A stretch of DNA of 64,000 bases, from assembly GCA_039818205.1 (NCBI GenBank), contig JBCBUK010000017.1, positions 1 through 64,000 of the forward strand, in the 5' to 3' direction. Numbering within the stretch: position 1 is the first letter of the stretch; each line of letters opens with the position of its first letter. Shown piece after piece: positions 11,201 to 19,096 of the stretch. The position numbers were made by a program, and so were the translations under genes. The stretch comes from Verrucomicrobiota bacterium. GTDB taxonomy: Bacteria; Verrucomicrobiota; Verrucomicrobiia; Opitutales; Cerasicoccaceae. Under the pieces are notes generated by a model. That model did no database searches. It worked only from the letters and a program-made list of their open reading frames with translations, and had not been told where the DNA came from.

Positions 11201-11931
11201 AGGCCGGTTACATGAAGATATCGGGCAAGAATCCGTTTCCGGATGTGTTGGATCAGCGGACCGTTTCGAAGGATGATATGAACTGGGTGATCCTTTCAGG
11301 AATGACGGACCGGACGGTCGCATACTGGTTACGCAAGGCGCTCGACCAAGACTATTATAGCCCTCAGGGCGATATGGACTGGCTCCAGCAGACAATTCTA
11401 CAGATTCGCCGCCGGGATCCGGAGCAGTGGGCTTACTATGAGGTCCGCGAGAAAGCCGACAAATGGAAGTTCGAGAAAACCGGCATAGATCGCGAGTTCA
11501 ACTACAACGCACCGGATCAAGCTACATTGCGTAGTTTTCGGAGGGCCCTCTATAACGGGGATGTGAACGCCGCGATCAAGTTCTACAATCAACTGTTGGT
11601 GCTCGGTTACAACGCCGAGCGCTTCAAAAGTAGCCTGCGCAGTCAAAATCCGTTGAGCGGACTTTCGAAAGCCGAGCGGAATCAATTCTATGCGCAAATG
11701 ACCGGCTCCGAGCGTGATCAACTTAAGCGAGCGATGAAATACTACTCGCGGATTGCTGCCCACAGGGGGAGCGAAAAGGAGCTGTTTCCCACAAAATCCG
11801 AGCAAGAGCGCGGCGAATTCTTTGTTCCAAATTTTCCGGAACTGTCCAGGCTTACGAGTGCACAGAAGTTTCTCAACGATTACGCGCTGGAGGCCGAAGC
11901 CCGTAGGCTAACAGAGGAGAGCTTGAACTAA
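5209..11931 (+). CDS. Large polyvalent phage protein (zincin-like metallopeptidase domain plus LPD38-like C-terminal region), probably ejected with the DNA
   Basis: 2240 aa. EGLTEGAQ helical N-region, IEGVFY...VYLIADNL...FHETVAHYGLR...DELAA (HExxxH plus Glu), and C-terminal GDYGDIS...LIPFYSW. Confidence 0.75.
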   Translation: MSKFGGIPVAESAPPKSRFGGAPVSESQEQTAPISTEKLVEAVAKLKKPSRPVVTGQRAFAKPETGNVVGDAVQLVAKGGSTTAWGSVAGASDMGSHAARWAADPGPDNRSIVRKESSERRREGLARQALGIQDGINGPYIDTSMILPAPMRAEKLDELERESQLIKLMERKVFARELEREKARANSTAANVFDEMRQDALEHRDQAESYYGNLVDPAFANSFTGQVLETIGQMGVFIPAGMNPITGAGVLGSVSYQEAVDDYFDSQGLDPLTANDKQREEAAKAGITYAVPAMVLERIGLGPVFNRIFGSIPQGKRTAGAILQRLTRAGAEGAVSEGLTEGAQTVWQNVVAQLQGYDPDREITEGAWEAMLIGATVGGGMSTTVQAVQEVDNQAAPEEAAPEETAKAEPEPKAGPELPSDRDVQDLVTPLLSDEQMAQIEKKLTTREQPEPGKDDAANTAAKIVEETEQADAEPLAVDQRLNEIREEQADLEQLLEDENLDPLRRKMLNGKYQRLSEERRNLREGGTIQEQPAKQPITDPGQVEEALTGSNPQPIIDALKPSARNYELPTNTSKRKTKAVLGDNVRVQAKGHSVVVDFATPLDRALYAISTGRASKARTATLAKLKNDTGLTEAQLTRLANRVRQNVRKIAQDGGGTADSLFVSNEELQQETAEAAERVRERERLKVEAQRRREAFLDETAREREQASKNSQEIERTQKEATKAEREELRELETQGIGPSGSLEYDRAPEARLEELAGEGDEKAQQELERRSVLQDQGDTLLTHMRKEKARLPHPQLARQNDNPLAGDLQALWDAMNPADRRAFFTGPGATYRDPDLQRGGLKEQGYSLLDTVDDLITAMRDEINGQAPMYPDWRPDDFAMSRKEGGGRMTEKDVRRALQPTLDGWKNAPNVKIVQSEADLPARIQDGIRRSESEGDIEGVFYPANETVYLIADNLSDANDARRVLFHETVAHYGLRDTLGEQWADLMEDIYISMRDTPLMESVISRYPELDASTLKGRIDLGDELAARLAEDPRLREENRTVWQRIVDLIRTWYRQHLKRADLKEEDVISMLRESQRRLAGRSLIDLPFNLTSESQPDGERELKERLEREEAQRIQDDRQGTLFSRKSVEKLLSEARDLQERMDGLTAQIERDLSAGRKIKPGIKGQRADYKAQWFDLIWQIEQQRPGTTILSSEPFRFSKKHGAPEGEAATVTRQMQAIESATLQESSSASSLLKGFRQWLSGFKSAVPEIPVLGAKARQLAKFVEGHRQIDAANARVRKEAEQDVADILEPIAKLGRDQIHADLLERRRKLVEAMQKAKEAGKSTTKLAAQIDSLEPKLRKNPFYLFQQSVLYRDLWYRSLLTNEKGEPLPLPGGISPEDVRRRVADLSAWVAEHSESAAIEEALKLHYAHVQSLQKEILDRGHLIPEEARNPLYFPHLVLEHFTGYINPVTATTGKDFRGYLIEPVGTSKHIEANYLRAMYHHIATVKAHNAKQDIVEKYWQPYDQSQKVQAKLEEETGGRVPENAWRISPEDWPEGHDLFVIDEELPMRMEYMIDRSALAEQLGVALGDGDLKQRLKEAGIEAAELTPAMIKTALAVGEKKAWLIPTEMIDALKGIKRREEKARANESRLARAVRAPLSLWKRNILFAPWNYIRYEFNNTLTDLEKLWSIDPALFKQLPAAASEVRQFFQTNEAPSPELQKAFELGVVESVTAHEVDALKEFEQFTEFLTKGEMRKKKLSGLLNWSTKISRLREATFRYAKFKLDLERMRNNAMPVYGGAYWKDVEQRRKDIDDEHGAAYLARRFFGDYGDISASGQWMRQNLIPFYSWMEINLRYHSNLLRNLKDMIAMRDWKAAGEMGKQNARLSALTAGGILLRLAIPYVAVNLWNSFGGAMMGLWDDDEDLESQLSEQDRRRFHLLLGKDENGKVMVVYTPTAFSDVIEWFGGNNAARLGSEYLRGDISLEQAAQDWRRQLPVDLVNKFAQGTRPEIKAGYMKISGKNPFPDVLDQRTVSKDDMNWVILSGMTDRTVAYWLRKALDQDYYSPQGDMDWLQQTILQIRRRDPEQWAYYEVREKADKWKFEKTGIDREFNYNAPDQATLRSFRRALYNGDVNAAIKFYNQLLVLGYNAERFKSSLRSQNPLSGLSKAERNQFYAQMTGSERDQLKRAMKYYSRIAAHRGSEKELFPTKSEQERGEFFVPNFPELSRLTSAQKFLNDYALEAEARRLTEESLN

Positions 11932-11970
11932 GGACACCCGGGCTTTGTAGGCGGATACTTAGATGGATAA

Positions 11971-12046
<76 letters not shown>

Positions 12047-12336
12047 ATAATGTTGAAAGTCAAAGACTTACATCGGGATTGATGGTCGCTGAAATGACTA
12101 GTCTTATGTTTGTATGTCTACCGGGGTGGCGGACAAGCAAAAACCAAAGATTTCAGGATCAATAATTCGGCTATCACCAATGGACTTTGTAAGAACGACT
12201 CTCTTCCTGTAATGGAAAAAAGAGGATAGAAATAGACGGGTTGGCTTTTTCGTCAAGTGGTAAAATTGAATCTTCAGAAAAAACATTTGGCCGATGCTTG
12301 ATTCGGGAGCTGCTATGGGCATCGGCCGGTTTGCTT

Positions 12337-15300
12337 CTAGTTTTCTTCAATTGTTATGCGAAGGAATGATCGATCGCCATCAAGGTCGCCGGTAAAATGG
12401 TGCATTTGGTTGGGATTCTTCGGTAAGCCGTCATTATTGGGGACGTCCCACCGCTCCCAATCAATGAGGTTCGTTGAATGCTCAATCAAGGTCTGCCGAT
12501 TGCCTAATCCTTCGAATTCAATGCCGATGGACTCGTTGTCGAGCACTAGCTGATAATTCCATTGGTCGGCGCGGTTAGGGTCGGTGTTTTGTAACCATTC
12601 TGATTTATTGTCATTGCGATCGCCATCGGGGTTGGCCGCCATTTCGCCTTCCGGCGAGGTGTCATCTCCGAAGTTTGCGATGCGCCATTCGGTATAGGTA
12701 ACCGTCGATTGCAGCTCATTTTCTAACCAGTCAGTGACCAGGTCGATGCCTACCTGATCCAGTTCGAAGGTCGCAAGCGGAGGCATTCGCGTATAGCCGT
12801 TCGTCTCTGAGATACGGCTCAAAATGGCAGAGTGCAGGGCATCGCCGGGGACGATCAACCAGTCATCAGGATCCATCCCTCTGTTTAGCATGCCTCGGAT
12901 CAGCCCGGTCTCAGCCAGAGTGAGCTGTGGACGACCATCCCAGGAATTGCCAGCGCCCCCGCCTGGTTGATGGCAATAAGCGCAATTGACCGCGAAATAC
13001 GAGCGGACGCGGGCTTCGAGAGAATACGAGTTCTCGTCGGGACGCACGTGCCGTGGAAAGTCTTCTGGTTGGCTTGGTAAATCATCTAGGTAGCCAGCAT
13101 CGCGCATCAATGCCAGAAAGTTGGGGTTGTTCGCCAAATGAGGGTGAGCGATGTTGAGCTGCCGCGTATTAAACGAGAGGCTGCCGCCTGCATGGTCGGT
13201 ATGGCAGGTCAGGCATTCTGCTCGTGAGGGAAAGCGCCATTTGCGGATCTCAACTTGGCCGCCATCCATGACCGAATACGTTATATCTTTACCAGCCTCC
13301 GATACGAGCGTCGCCTCGGTTTCAGTATCGTTCCATTCGTAAGTGACTCCATAGACGCCCGAATCGTTCTTCACGATCAGACGCGTTTCTAGCTTAAATG
13401 CCGAATTCGGATCCGATGTATCCGCCAACATATCGAAGTGTTTGATAAATACCGTACCCTCCGGTAGGGCCCAGGTCTTATTCGGATCGAAACCGAATTG
13501 ATCCTGAGTGTTTGGAATCATGAACCAGCGAGACTTGATCGCATGGTCCGACCAGAAAGGCAGGTTCACCTCGTAGGGGACAATGCCAGGATTCGGAGTC
13601 AGTGTTGCGACGTCTGCAAAGAGCCCGGTTGCAGCAAGTGTGGTTGGGAAATCTTCTTCGGGCGTTTGGGACGTGAGTCGGTACAGGCCGCCATCGTTGA
13701 TGTTCACGGCGATGACGTCGCCCGTTGCCGGATCATAGCCGAAATCGACGATCCCACTAAGCCCCGCAATTCGCTCAACGATCGGTGAGCCCGGCGTAAT
13801 GGTGCGTTGCAACGACCAGACATTTCCGGAGCCGTAGTCGCTAAAAATGTATCTTCCATTTAGGTCCGAAATGTCTCCGTAGTAAACGACTCCGCCAGTT
13901 ACCGACCATCCCTGAAAGGTATTTGAGCCACGAGTGTAATCCCATTCCGGCTCGGTTAGGGTGGCTGCGGATTCGTCTGCGCCATTTATCTCTTCGCCAG
14001 AGCGGGCCGACGTCGCAGCCACGGTTCCTTCGCGCCAAGCCCAGCCGTGGTTGCTTCCTGATTTGACGATTGCGACCTCTTCACGTAGGTTTTGGCCAAC
14101 ATCGCCAACCCAGAGTTCGTCCGTTTGCGGGTCAAAATCGAACCGCCATGGATTGCGGAAACCTACGGCAAAGAACTCCGTCCGGACGTCACTCGGATCT
14201 ACGGAAACACCATTGAAGCTGGTTGCGCCAACCCAGTGGTTGTTTTCGGGAACCTCGTAGAGCGGAAAGCCATCGTGCAGTACGACCGCCGGATGGCTAT
14301 TGGGAGCTACATTATTGTCGTCACTGCCGGTGCCATCGTCGTCGGTGTAGTCCTCGGGCTCAAGGTCAACGTCGATCCTTATGATGGACGACCAGAAGTC
14401 CTTATCGATAAATTGGCTGTTTGCCAGAGAGTCGATTTGGTTACCTTCGTCTCCCCAGGAAATGTATAGGTAACCGTCAGGCCCAAACTCAATATCGCCG
14501 CCATTGTGATTGCTGGCGTCGTTCAATTGTTGAATTAAGAGCTCCTCGGTGGCGTCTTCACCGTCGTTGTCGAGTGGGTCAGGATCTGTCCACCGCGAGA
14601 CGAACTGATAGAGCACTCCATTTACCCTGGCGTCGTAGACGGTGTAAAAGCAGCCATTGTTCAAATAGTCGGGATGAAAGGCTAAGCCCAGTAGACCGAG
14701 TTCGCCCGCGGTTCGGATGGTCCGCCCACTAGAAGAAATCTTGTTTGGTAGGTTCATGAACGCGGTTTGTACCGGACTATCAGCCGATACGTCGGGTATC
14801 AGGTAAATCCATCCCCGCTTACTAGTCACCCAAAGGCGTTGATTGTCCCCCGGTGCGGATGCGATCTTGGTAGGTTGGCTGAAAGACATGTTATCAAAGG
14901 CTGGAACTAGCTCGATGGCATTGGTCGGCGCTCTATCAGGGACCGTGGAGCTTACGTTGGGAAGGCGGAATGCATCGCTGATCGTGACATTGACGGTGCG
15001 CGTCAACGTGGTTCCGGATGATTCTTGGCGGTAGTCATACTCAAAGCCATCCGTTCCTGTGCTGCTGCCGGTGTGCTCGTAGACCACTTGGCGGCCGTTT
15101 GTAGAGATTGACGTCGTGCCGTCGGTTGCAGATTTGACGGTAAGGCGATCGGGAACGGATTCGCCAAACGGAACAACTGGCAACGAGAAGGACTGACCAA
15201 CGCCGACCTCGATGTCGATCTGCGGATTCTCGATCAGGTAAAACAATGGATTGCGGGCATCAAAGTTATTCCCTTCCGCCACAAGCTCCGAGCCTACTGG

Positions 15301-15912
15301 GAATTCGTTATTGTCGAAATTCAGGTTTCCCTGGCGAAGGTATAGCTCAATTCCATCACCAATATTCTCTGAGAACTCTTGATCGCGAGCAAAGTAGAGC
15401 TCATTGCTGGTTCCGCCATTGGCGTCGGCGAACCAAATCTCGAAATGGTAGCTGCTGTTGGCGTCTAAGTTGTAATCACCGCCGAGGTCGAAATACAGGT
15501 ATTGGCCCGCGCCAAAGGCATTCGTTGAGTCAAATTCCAGTTGAAAAACAAGGTCTCCATCGGAGGGCATTGATTCGGCGGAGTCCTTAATCAGGGCAAG
15601 CAGCAGATTGGAGCGGTTCGCATCGGCGGCCGCTGAGCGATCCGTCTCATAGCGCAGAACCACTTCGCTCAGCTTTAGAGGGGTCGACGTGGCAAACGTC
15701 CAAGCCCACACGCGGGAGTCCCAGTTGTTGATTGGATTGTCGGTCCTTCTGCTGATGGGGTAGCCCGCACCATTGTCGGTGGTATGGGCCAAGTAGACGT
15801 TCGCAGACGGTGCACTGTTGCTGATCGTGATCGTCTGCGCCTGTATTGGGAGATGGGCTAGGGTGCCTATGCTAAAGGCGAGGAGAATACAACGGATGAA
15901 GTTCGTGTTCAT
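12337..15912 (-). CDS. Secreted PQQ-dependent glucose/sorbosone dehydrogenase-family protein fused to a diheme cytochrome c domain
   Basis: Signal peptide; GELGLLGLAFHPDY, NHNGGDIEFGPDGYLY, GFRNPWR, GDVGQ; CLTCH and CAYCH heme motifs; RMPPL. ATG at 15912 chosen over GTG at 15924. Confidence 0.88.
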   Translation of the reverse strand: MNTNFIRCILLAFSIGTLAHLPIQAQTITISNSAPSANVYLAHTTDNGAGYPISRRTDNPINNWDSRVWAWTFATSTPLKLSEVVLRYETDRSAAADANRSNLLLALIKDSAESMPSDGDLVFQLEFDSTNAFGAGQYLYFDLGGDYNLDANSSYHFEIWFADANGGTSNELYFARDQEFSENIGDGIELYLRQGNLNFDNNEFPVGSELVAEGNNFDARNPLFYLIENPQIDIEVGVGQSFSLPVVPFGESVPDRLTVKSATDGTTSISTNGRQVVYEHTGSSTGTDGFEYDYRQESSGTTLTRTVNVTISDAFRLPNVSSTVPDRAPTNAIELVPAFDNMSFSQPTKIASAPGDNQRLWVTSKRGWIYLIPDVSADSPVQTAFMNLPNKISSSGRTIRTAGELGLLGLAFHPDYLNNGCFYTVYDARVNGVLYQFVSRWTDPDPLDNDGEDATEELLIQQLNDASNHNGGDIEFGPDGYLYISWGDEGNQIDSLANSQFIDKDFWSSIIRIDVDLEPEDYTDDDGTGSDDNNVAPNSHPAVVLHDGFPLYEVPENNHWVGATSFNGVSVDPSDVRTEFFAVGFRNPWRFDFDPQTDELWVGDVGQNLREEVAIVKSGSNHGWAWREGTVAATSARSGEEINGADESAATLTEPEWDYTRGSNTFQGWSVTGGVVYYGDISDLNGRYIFSDYGSGNVWSLQRTITPGSPIVERIAGLSGIVDFGYDPATGDVIAVNINDGGLYRLTSQTPEEDFPTTLAATGLFADVATLTPNPGIVPYEVNLPFWSDHAIKSRWFMIPNTQDQFGFDPNKTWALPEGTVFIKHFDMLADTSDPNSAFKLETRLIVKNDSGVYGVTYEWNDTETEATLVSEAGKDITYSVMDGGQVEIRKWRFPSRAECLTCHTDHAGGSLSFNTRQLNIAHPHLANNPNFLALMRDAGYLDDLPSQPEDFPRHVRPDENSYSLEARVRSYFAVNCAYCHQPGGGAGNSWDGRPQLTLAETGLIRGMLNRGMDPDDWLIVPGDALHSAILSRISETNGYTRMPPLATFELDQVGIDLVTDWLENELQSTVTYTEWRIANFGDDTSPEGEMAANPDGDRNDNKSEWLQNTDPNRADQWNYQLVLDNESIGIEFEGLGNRQTLIEHSTNLIDWERWDVPNNDGLPKNPNQMHHFTGDLDGDRSFLRITIEEN

Positions 15913-16110
15913 ATGGGATTTCACGAAGTTTAGGAGACGGCGGACTTATGGACTACTAGACAAAAGGCCTACCTTCACTATGTCCACTAGAGGATATATG
16001 TCAGTTCCGAGTTCGGGATTTCCGGTCTATGGGGCCATTTTTCCGTTTTTTCACAAAAACGTGGCGACTCGGCATCGACACGAGGGTGCATTCGCCTTAG
16101 ATCCCGAGCC

Positions 16111-16272
16111 ATGTCACTCGTCGATATACTACTGTGCCTCTTTTTACCACCGATCGCAGTCGCCGTGCGCAAAGGAATCGGTATGGATCTGGTCATCAAC
16201 ATCGTATTACTGTTGATTGTTCCCTACATCGGTGGGGTTATTCACGCTTTTTGGGCATTGAATAGAAAATGA
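16111..16272 (+). CDS. YqaE/Pmp3-family small membrane protein (53 aa, not in ORF track)
   Basis: MSLVDILLCLFLPPIAVAVRKGIGMDLVINIVLLLIVPYIGGVIHAFWALNRK has the family LPP.AV and G.IHA motifs. Confidence 0.9.
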   Translation: MSLVDILLCLFLPPIAVAVRKGIGMDLVINIVLLLIVPYIGGVIHAFWALNRK

Positions 16273-16320
16273 TTCTCGCTTCCTGCTGAAAAACTGTCAG
16301 CGTGACGCGCTTTTCAGATT

Positions 16321-18159
16321 ATGAGCGCGACTGCAGCCAGTATTTCCACCGCGGATAAAATCCGCAATATAGCAATCATTGCCCACGTTGACCATGGTAA
16401 GACTACCCTGGTTGACTGCCTGCTGCAACAGTCGGGGACTTTCCGCGATAATCAGGAGGTCCAGGAGCGAGCCATGGATAGCATGGATCTCGAGCGAGAA
16501 AAGGGGATTACCATTAAGGCGAAGAATACCGCCATCCAATGGAATGGTTACACGATTAACATCGTAGATACCCCGGGGCACGCCGATTTTGGTGCCGAGG
16601 TTGAGCGAGTCATGAAGATGGTCGACGGCGTTCTCCTGCTGACGGACGCCGTGGGTGGCCCACAGGCCCAGACCCGCTGGGTGCTCCGCAAGGCGCTGAG
16701 CCATGGTCTCAAGACTGTCTGCGTCATCAACAAGGTCGATCGCGACACCGCGCGCCCTGAATGGGTTCACGACAAGGTGCTCGAGCTGTTTCTAGACCTG
16801 GAAGCAACCGAAGAACAATTTAACGCTCCATTCCTTTACGCCTCGGCTAAGAATGGTTGGGCCGACCGCGAGGCCGATGGCCCGCGCGAAAACATGACGG
16901 CGCTCTTTGAGACCATAGTCGAACACATGCCAGCTCCCAAAATCGAGCAGGGCGACTTTCGCATGCTCGTTTCGAACATCGACTGGGACGACTTTGTTGG
17001 TCGGTTGGCGATTGGCCGTATTCTTTCGGGTAAGGTCCAGAGTGGCGACACAATCTTTGCCCACCGGAAGGACGGCAAGGTTGAGCGCGTGAAAATTACG
17101 AAGCTTACCCAGTTTACTGGCCTCGGCGTGGTTCCCGTCGAAGAGTCCGAGGCGGGCGACATCGTCGGCATCGCTGGCTTCGAGGAGATCGATATCGGCG
17201 ATACTCTAGCAACGGATAAAGAAGCGGAGGTCCTGCCTTTCGTGGAAATTGACCCAGCAACCGTCCAGATGGAATTCCACGTGAATGACGGGCCGCTAGC
17301 CGGCAAAGACGGCAAGAAGGTGACTTCGCGACAGATCCGTGAACGCCTTGTTCACGAGAGTAAATCGAATATTTCTATTAAGCTTTCCGACACGGACGAG
17401 GGCACGCGCTTCTTGGTCAATGCCCGTGGTTCGATGCAGATCGCCGTTTTGGTTGAAACCATGCGCCGGGAAGGCTACGAAGTTATGGTTTCGCGACCAA
17501 CGGTTCTTTTTAAGGAAGTCGATGGAACTGTCTGTGAGCCGTTTGAGCAGGTTTGGGTCGAAGTGCCCGAGGATATGCTAGGCGCGGTAATGGAGAATCT
17601 TTCCAACCGCAAGGCCCAGATTACCAATATGGAGCACCACCACGCGGGTGTTACCGTCGAGGCGGTTATCTCGACTCGTGGGCTGATTGGGTTTGAGAGC
17701 GATCTCGTGACGCTTACCAGCGGTCATGGCGTCTGCTCCCATATGTTCCTCGACTATCGACCCAAGGGAGTGGAGATCACTACCCGCAAGACCGGGACAC
17801 TTTGCTCGGTGGCGACCGGCCCAGCGATGGGATACGCGCTCAATATGATCCAGGCTCGGGGAAAGCTCTTTGTTGCTCCCGGTGACGAGGTCTACAATGG
17901 CCAGGTTGTCGGAGAGTGCCCCCGTCGGGAAGACTTGCCTGTTAATCCGTGCAAGGCCAAGCAGCTCGACAACATGCGCTCCTCTGGCAAGGACGACAAT
18001 GTTCAGTTGGCTCCGCCGATCAACTTCTCGCTTGAGCGGGCGATCGAGTATATCGCAGCTGATGAACTCGTGGAGGCCACACCAAAGTTTCTGCGCCTTC
18101 GTAAGCGAGTTCTTGATGCGGAAGCGCGCCGGCGAATCGCAAAGCGCGGTAAGGCATAA
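16321..18159 (+). CDS. typA: Translational GTPase TypA/BipA
   Basis: IRNIAIIAHVDHGKTTLVD, DTPGHADFG, NKVD, C-terminal ELVEATPKFLRLRK. Confidence 0.97.
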   Translation: MSATAASISTADKIRNIAIIAHVDHGKTTLVDCLLQQSGTFRDNQEVQERAMDSMDLEREKGITIKAKNTAIQWNGYTINIVDTPGHADFGAEVERVMKMVDGVLLLTDAVGGPQAQTRWVLRKALSHGLKTVCVINKVDRDTARPEWVHDKVLELFLDLEATEEQFNAPFLYASAKNGWADREADGPRENMTALFETIVEHMPAPKIEQGDFRMLVSNIDWDDFVGRLAIGRILSGKVQSGDTIFAHRKDGKVERVKITKLTQFTGLGVVPVEESEAGDIVGIAGFEEIDIGDTLATDKEAEVLPFVEIDPATVQMEFHVNDGPLAGKDGKKVTSRQIRERLVHESKSNISIKLSDTDEGTRFLVNARGSMQIAVLVETMRREGYEVMVSRPTVLFKEVDGTVCEPFEQVWVEVPEDMLGAVMENLSNRKAQITNMEHHHAGVTVEAVISTRGLIGFESDLVTLTSGHGVCSHMFLDYRPKGVEITTRKTGTLCSVATGPAMGYALNMIQARGKLFVAPGDEVYNGQVVGECPRREDLPVNPCKAKQLDNMRSSGKDDNVQLAPPINFSLERAIEYIAADELVEATPKFLRLRKRVLDAEARRRIAKRGKA

Positions 18160-18182
18160 ATCCGAAAAAACTTTTTAACGGT

Positions 18183-18211
18183 CGGCCGTCCAGAAATGGG
18201 CGGCCGTTTTT
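18183..18211 (+). terminator. Intrinsic terminator after typA
   Basis: CGGCCGTCC-AGAAAT-GGGCGGCCG stem-loop followed by TTTTT. Confidence 0.8.
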
Positions 18212-18238
18212 ATGCCTAAATTGTTAGAAATGAGTCTC

Positions 18239-18526
18239 TTAGATCACTGCCTCGTCGACGCAGTAATAGTCATGGCGACTGCGGATAAACGCCTCAATCG
18301 AATCTCGCCCGGGATAATCCAATTTTCGGCAGTCTTCGGGGAGGGTTCCACCGACCACTAGGTGGTATAGCAGGCACTCGCTACAGTCTTTCTGCCTTAG
18401 TGAGAGTAGATAAGTGAATCGTAGGACCTCATCATGAACCGCCATGTCCGTTCGGTCATATAATTCCCGCATCATTCGTTGAAGATCTTCAACTAATTGA
18501 AGTGAATCTATGGCGTTTTGATTCAT
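18239..18526 (-). CDS. Hypothetical protein (95 aa)
   Basis: ATG-started ORF filling the gap, convergent on the typA terminator; no family recognised. Confidence 0.65.
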   Translation of the reverse strand: MNQNAIDSLQLVEDLQRMMRELYDRTDMAVHDEVLRFTYLLSLRQKDCSECLLYHLVVGGTLPEDCRKLDYPGRDSIEAFIRSRHDYYCVDEAVI

Positions 18527-19096
18527 GGAATAAGGCGAATGGCTTAGTGGCTCTAGGTAGTATTACCTAAATATTCGGCTGAGTTTGTATATTTTCAAGC
18601 GAAAATTAACAAAAATTTAAATACTTGAGCTTCAAATATCGTAAACCCCTATCATTAATGCAATTAGAAATTCGGCGATAAATCCCCAAAATTCTATTGT
18701 TCAGTCGGCTTGATAATCGACGAAAGTTTAAGGCCATAAACTTCATATGTAGTAGGGTCTAAAGTTATTTTAACTCAGACCTGGAATAATGTTCAGTAGT
18801 ATTCATGCGATACGTCGATATCGCGTGGTTTGGTGGCGTCTTATGATTCAAGTTGTGACTTGAGTAGCGGATTCGTTGAACCGCGTTCATGCGAGCGTGG
18901 TCCGTGTGGGAGAATCTATATATTCAGGGATTTTGTTTAGTTTTTAAATAAGAAACGCCCCGTTTCGGGAGATTGACTCTTTATTGACGAATTCAGGGGA
19001 TGAATGCTCAAAAACCGCCCTTGACTTGGCCGCTGAAAGCAGCACACTGCCCGCCTTTTAAATACGCGTCCAAGAGACGTTTAGAGCCGTTCGGCA

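Larger units (their letters stand above)
1..11970 (+). mobile_element. Right part of a prophage (podovirus-like virion module); left end lies outside the window
   Basis: Tightly packed co-directional genes in the order esterase, adaptor, nozzle, internal virion proteins, large polyvalent protein. The block ends next to the 3' end of tRNA-Phe. Confidence 0.85.

Noticed and set aside
18765..18890. 41-codon minus-strand ORF (MNAVQRIRYSS...) in the hairpin region
   Set aside because: No RBS or recognisable features; this length is expected by chance.
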